A stretch of 64,000 bases of DNA from Penicillus capitatus (lineage: Eukaryota > Plantae > Chlorophyta), in the NCBI GenBank assembly GCA_965649825.1, contig OZ287709.1, positions 469,080-533,079 on the forward strand. The letters are read 5' to 3'. Within the stretch, counting starts at the first letter, position 1; every line of letters begins with the position of its first letter. Of the stretch, positions 62,765 to 64,000 are shown one piece after another. Position numbers and translations under genes: made by a program. The notes under the pieces are model-generated. The model made no database searches and was not told the DNA's origin. It was given only the letters and a program-made list of their open reading frames with translations.

Positions 62765-63760
62765 ATGCCACAAAAGGAACGTACAAGTATTATTCGCAGG
62801 CCGAAATGGAGTCCCGAAGAAGACGCGCAGCTTATACGATTGGTGGAAGAGCATGGCGTCGGAAACTGGGCTGCTATTTCGAGAGACCTGAAAAGCCCCA
62901 ACAACAGAGACAAGAAGGCTGTTCGTTCACGATGGGTCTACCAACTCGACCCCAACGTTAATAAGGGACCGTTTACGGCGGAGGAAGAAAACATTATTTT
63001 CGAACAATATGAAAAAGTCGGCGCGCATTGGGCCGAAATCTCAAAGGCGCTTCCGGGGAGAACAGACGGGGCGATTAAGAACTACTGGAATGGTCACCTT
63101 ATTAAAAAATTGCCCTACAGGAAATTCGTCAAAAAAGGAAAACGAAGCAAAAGGAAACCTGGAAAGAAGCCGGCGGCGACAGAAGGGACAATGAACAGCG
63201 AGGATAGGGTGATTAGAGGTCCAGCAGTCATTGAAAAACTAAGTAAGTACGTGGGCAGTTAGGTGGTTAGTTGGTCGGTTGGCTGTGGGTGTGTGGGTGG
63301 ACAGCACCAATGCTCACCCACTCACCATGACTGTGATCACCACCATCATCACCACATGCATCATCTATCTGTCCTTCTCATCATGCTGTTGTGCTGTGTA
63401 GGTGTTTATACAGATTTTGACTTCCCTGCGAATTCCGAGGCCACCAGCAAACGTCCAAAACAAGAGGCGGACACGCAAAGTGGTCCAGAGAGTTTTCTGA
63501 AGAGCAGTGATAATGATTGGGGTTCTTTGTGGTATTCAGCAGGCCCTTTGCCAAACACAGCGGCGACTCCGACCACCCATTGGGGCTATACGTGGGGGCA
63601 TGATTTCCCAAACAACGGATCTCTGTATCCGTGGGGAGTGCAGAATTGGATGAAGGACTATGCGAACATTTGCAACAGTGCGCGAAGAAACGATCAACGC
63701 ACAGCGTGCCCCACTGCCGAGGGATTGCTGGAGAGAGCCCCTTCGCCTGAACTCGATTAA
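62765..63760 (+). CDS. R2R3-MYB transcription factor
   Basis: KWSPEEDAQLIRLVEEHGVGNWAAIS...RSRWVYQLDPNVNKGPFTAEEENIIF...GAHWAEISKALPGRTDGAIKNYWN, K/R-rich NLS; intron ~63245-63401; second exon to TAA 63760. Confidence 0.92.
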
Positions 63761-64000
63761 GCCATCCATCTACCCGTGCCGAGAAAGGCAACATACACTG
63801 TCATGCCCCATCCTTTTGCTTGAAACTGTGGGTAGCATAGGTTCGCTGATTTCTGTTACTGAAGGCTGTTTTCATCACTCTCCATCTCGATCGACCCCGT
63901 CGTCGTCGGGATGGACGTACTAGATCGTTTCCTTTGCGAGCTGGCGCAGTACCAATAACGACCGACGCATAGCGCACTGCTATCCTTTGTCTTTTCAGCC

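Noticed and set aside
63315-63365. His-rich peptide HHHHH in ORF 63263-63760
   Set aside because: It is a CAC/CAT microsatellite inside the MYB intron (GTAAGT at ~63245 to TAG at ~63401), not coding.
1-64000. Non-canonical ulvophycean code (TAA/TAG = Gln), suggested by lone in-frame TAA/TAG at ~12050, ~26400, 27396 and ~43200
   Set aside because: TAA/TAG end many genes at expected C-termini (AAT, fibrillin, HBS1, pGlcT, RibD, MYB), and long Gln-rich exons such as the 752-codon kinesin ORF contain none internally.
1-64000. tRNA, rRNA, snRNA, riboswitch or SECIS elements
   Set aside because: None recognised by eye; an Infernal/Rfam and tRNAscan-SE run would be needed to exclude them.

Overview
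Eukaryotic nuclear DNA, most consistent with a very compact green-algal (chlorophyte) genome. It has about 30 tightly packed genes broken by ~40-60 nt GT-AG introns, many with plastid-type transit peptides, and uses the standard genetic code. Recognisable genes in order: Patched/NPC1-like SSD protein, PurF, coiled-coil hypothetical, isoamylase ISA3, PAP-fibrillin, YqgE/AlgH, canopy/saposin-like ER protein, plastid aspartate aminotransferase (AAT), short TPR/HAT protein, a second AAT-like gene, divergent CDK, single-RRM gene, RibD deaminase, Su(z)12/EMF2-like VEFS protein, a 5'-truncated LINE with a 15-bp TSD, C2 + Pro/Gly/Tyr-rich protein, HugZ/HOZ-like protein, CENP-E-like kinesin, ABCI11-like ATPase, MRPL47, CELF-like 3xRRM protein, NUP50, CDPK, HBS1, RCC1-HECT ligase, pGlcT, RPN10 and an R2R3-MYB. 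The top observation is the second AAT gene. It has an intact, spliceable frame but has lost the PLP-binding lysine and two active-site arginines. It also shares a 482-bp block with the active copy at 98.3% identity; all 8 differences are synonymous, the intron is identical, and the block ends exactly at the catalytic-Lys codon. Also notable are same-strand gene chains with 22-46 nt spacers, an ATGA stop/start overlap, overlapping convergent CDSs, a 74-nt hairpin over a stop codon and a perfect 28-bp minisatellite. Exon boundaries were inferred by eye, so gene spans are approximate and no database searches were run.
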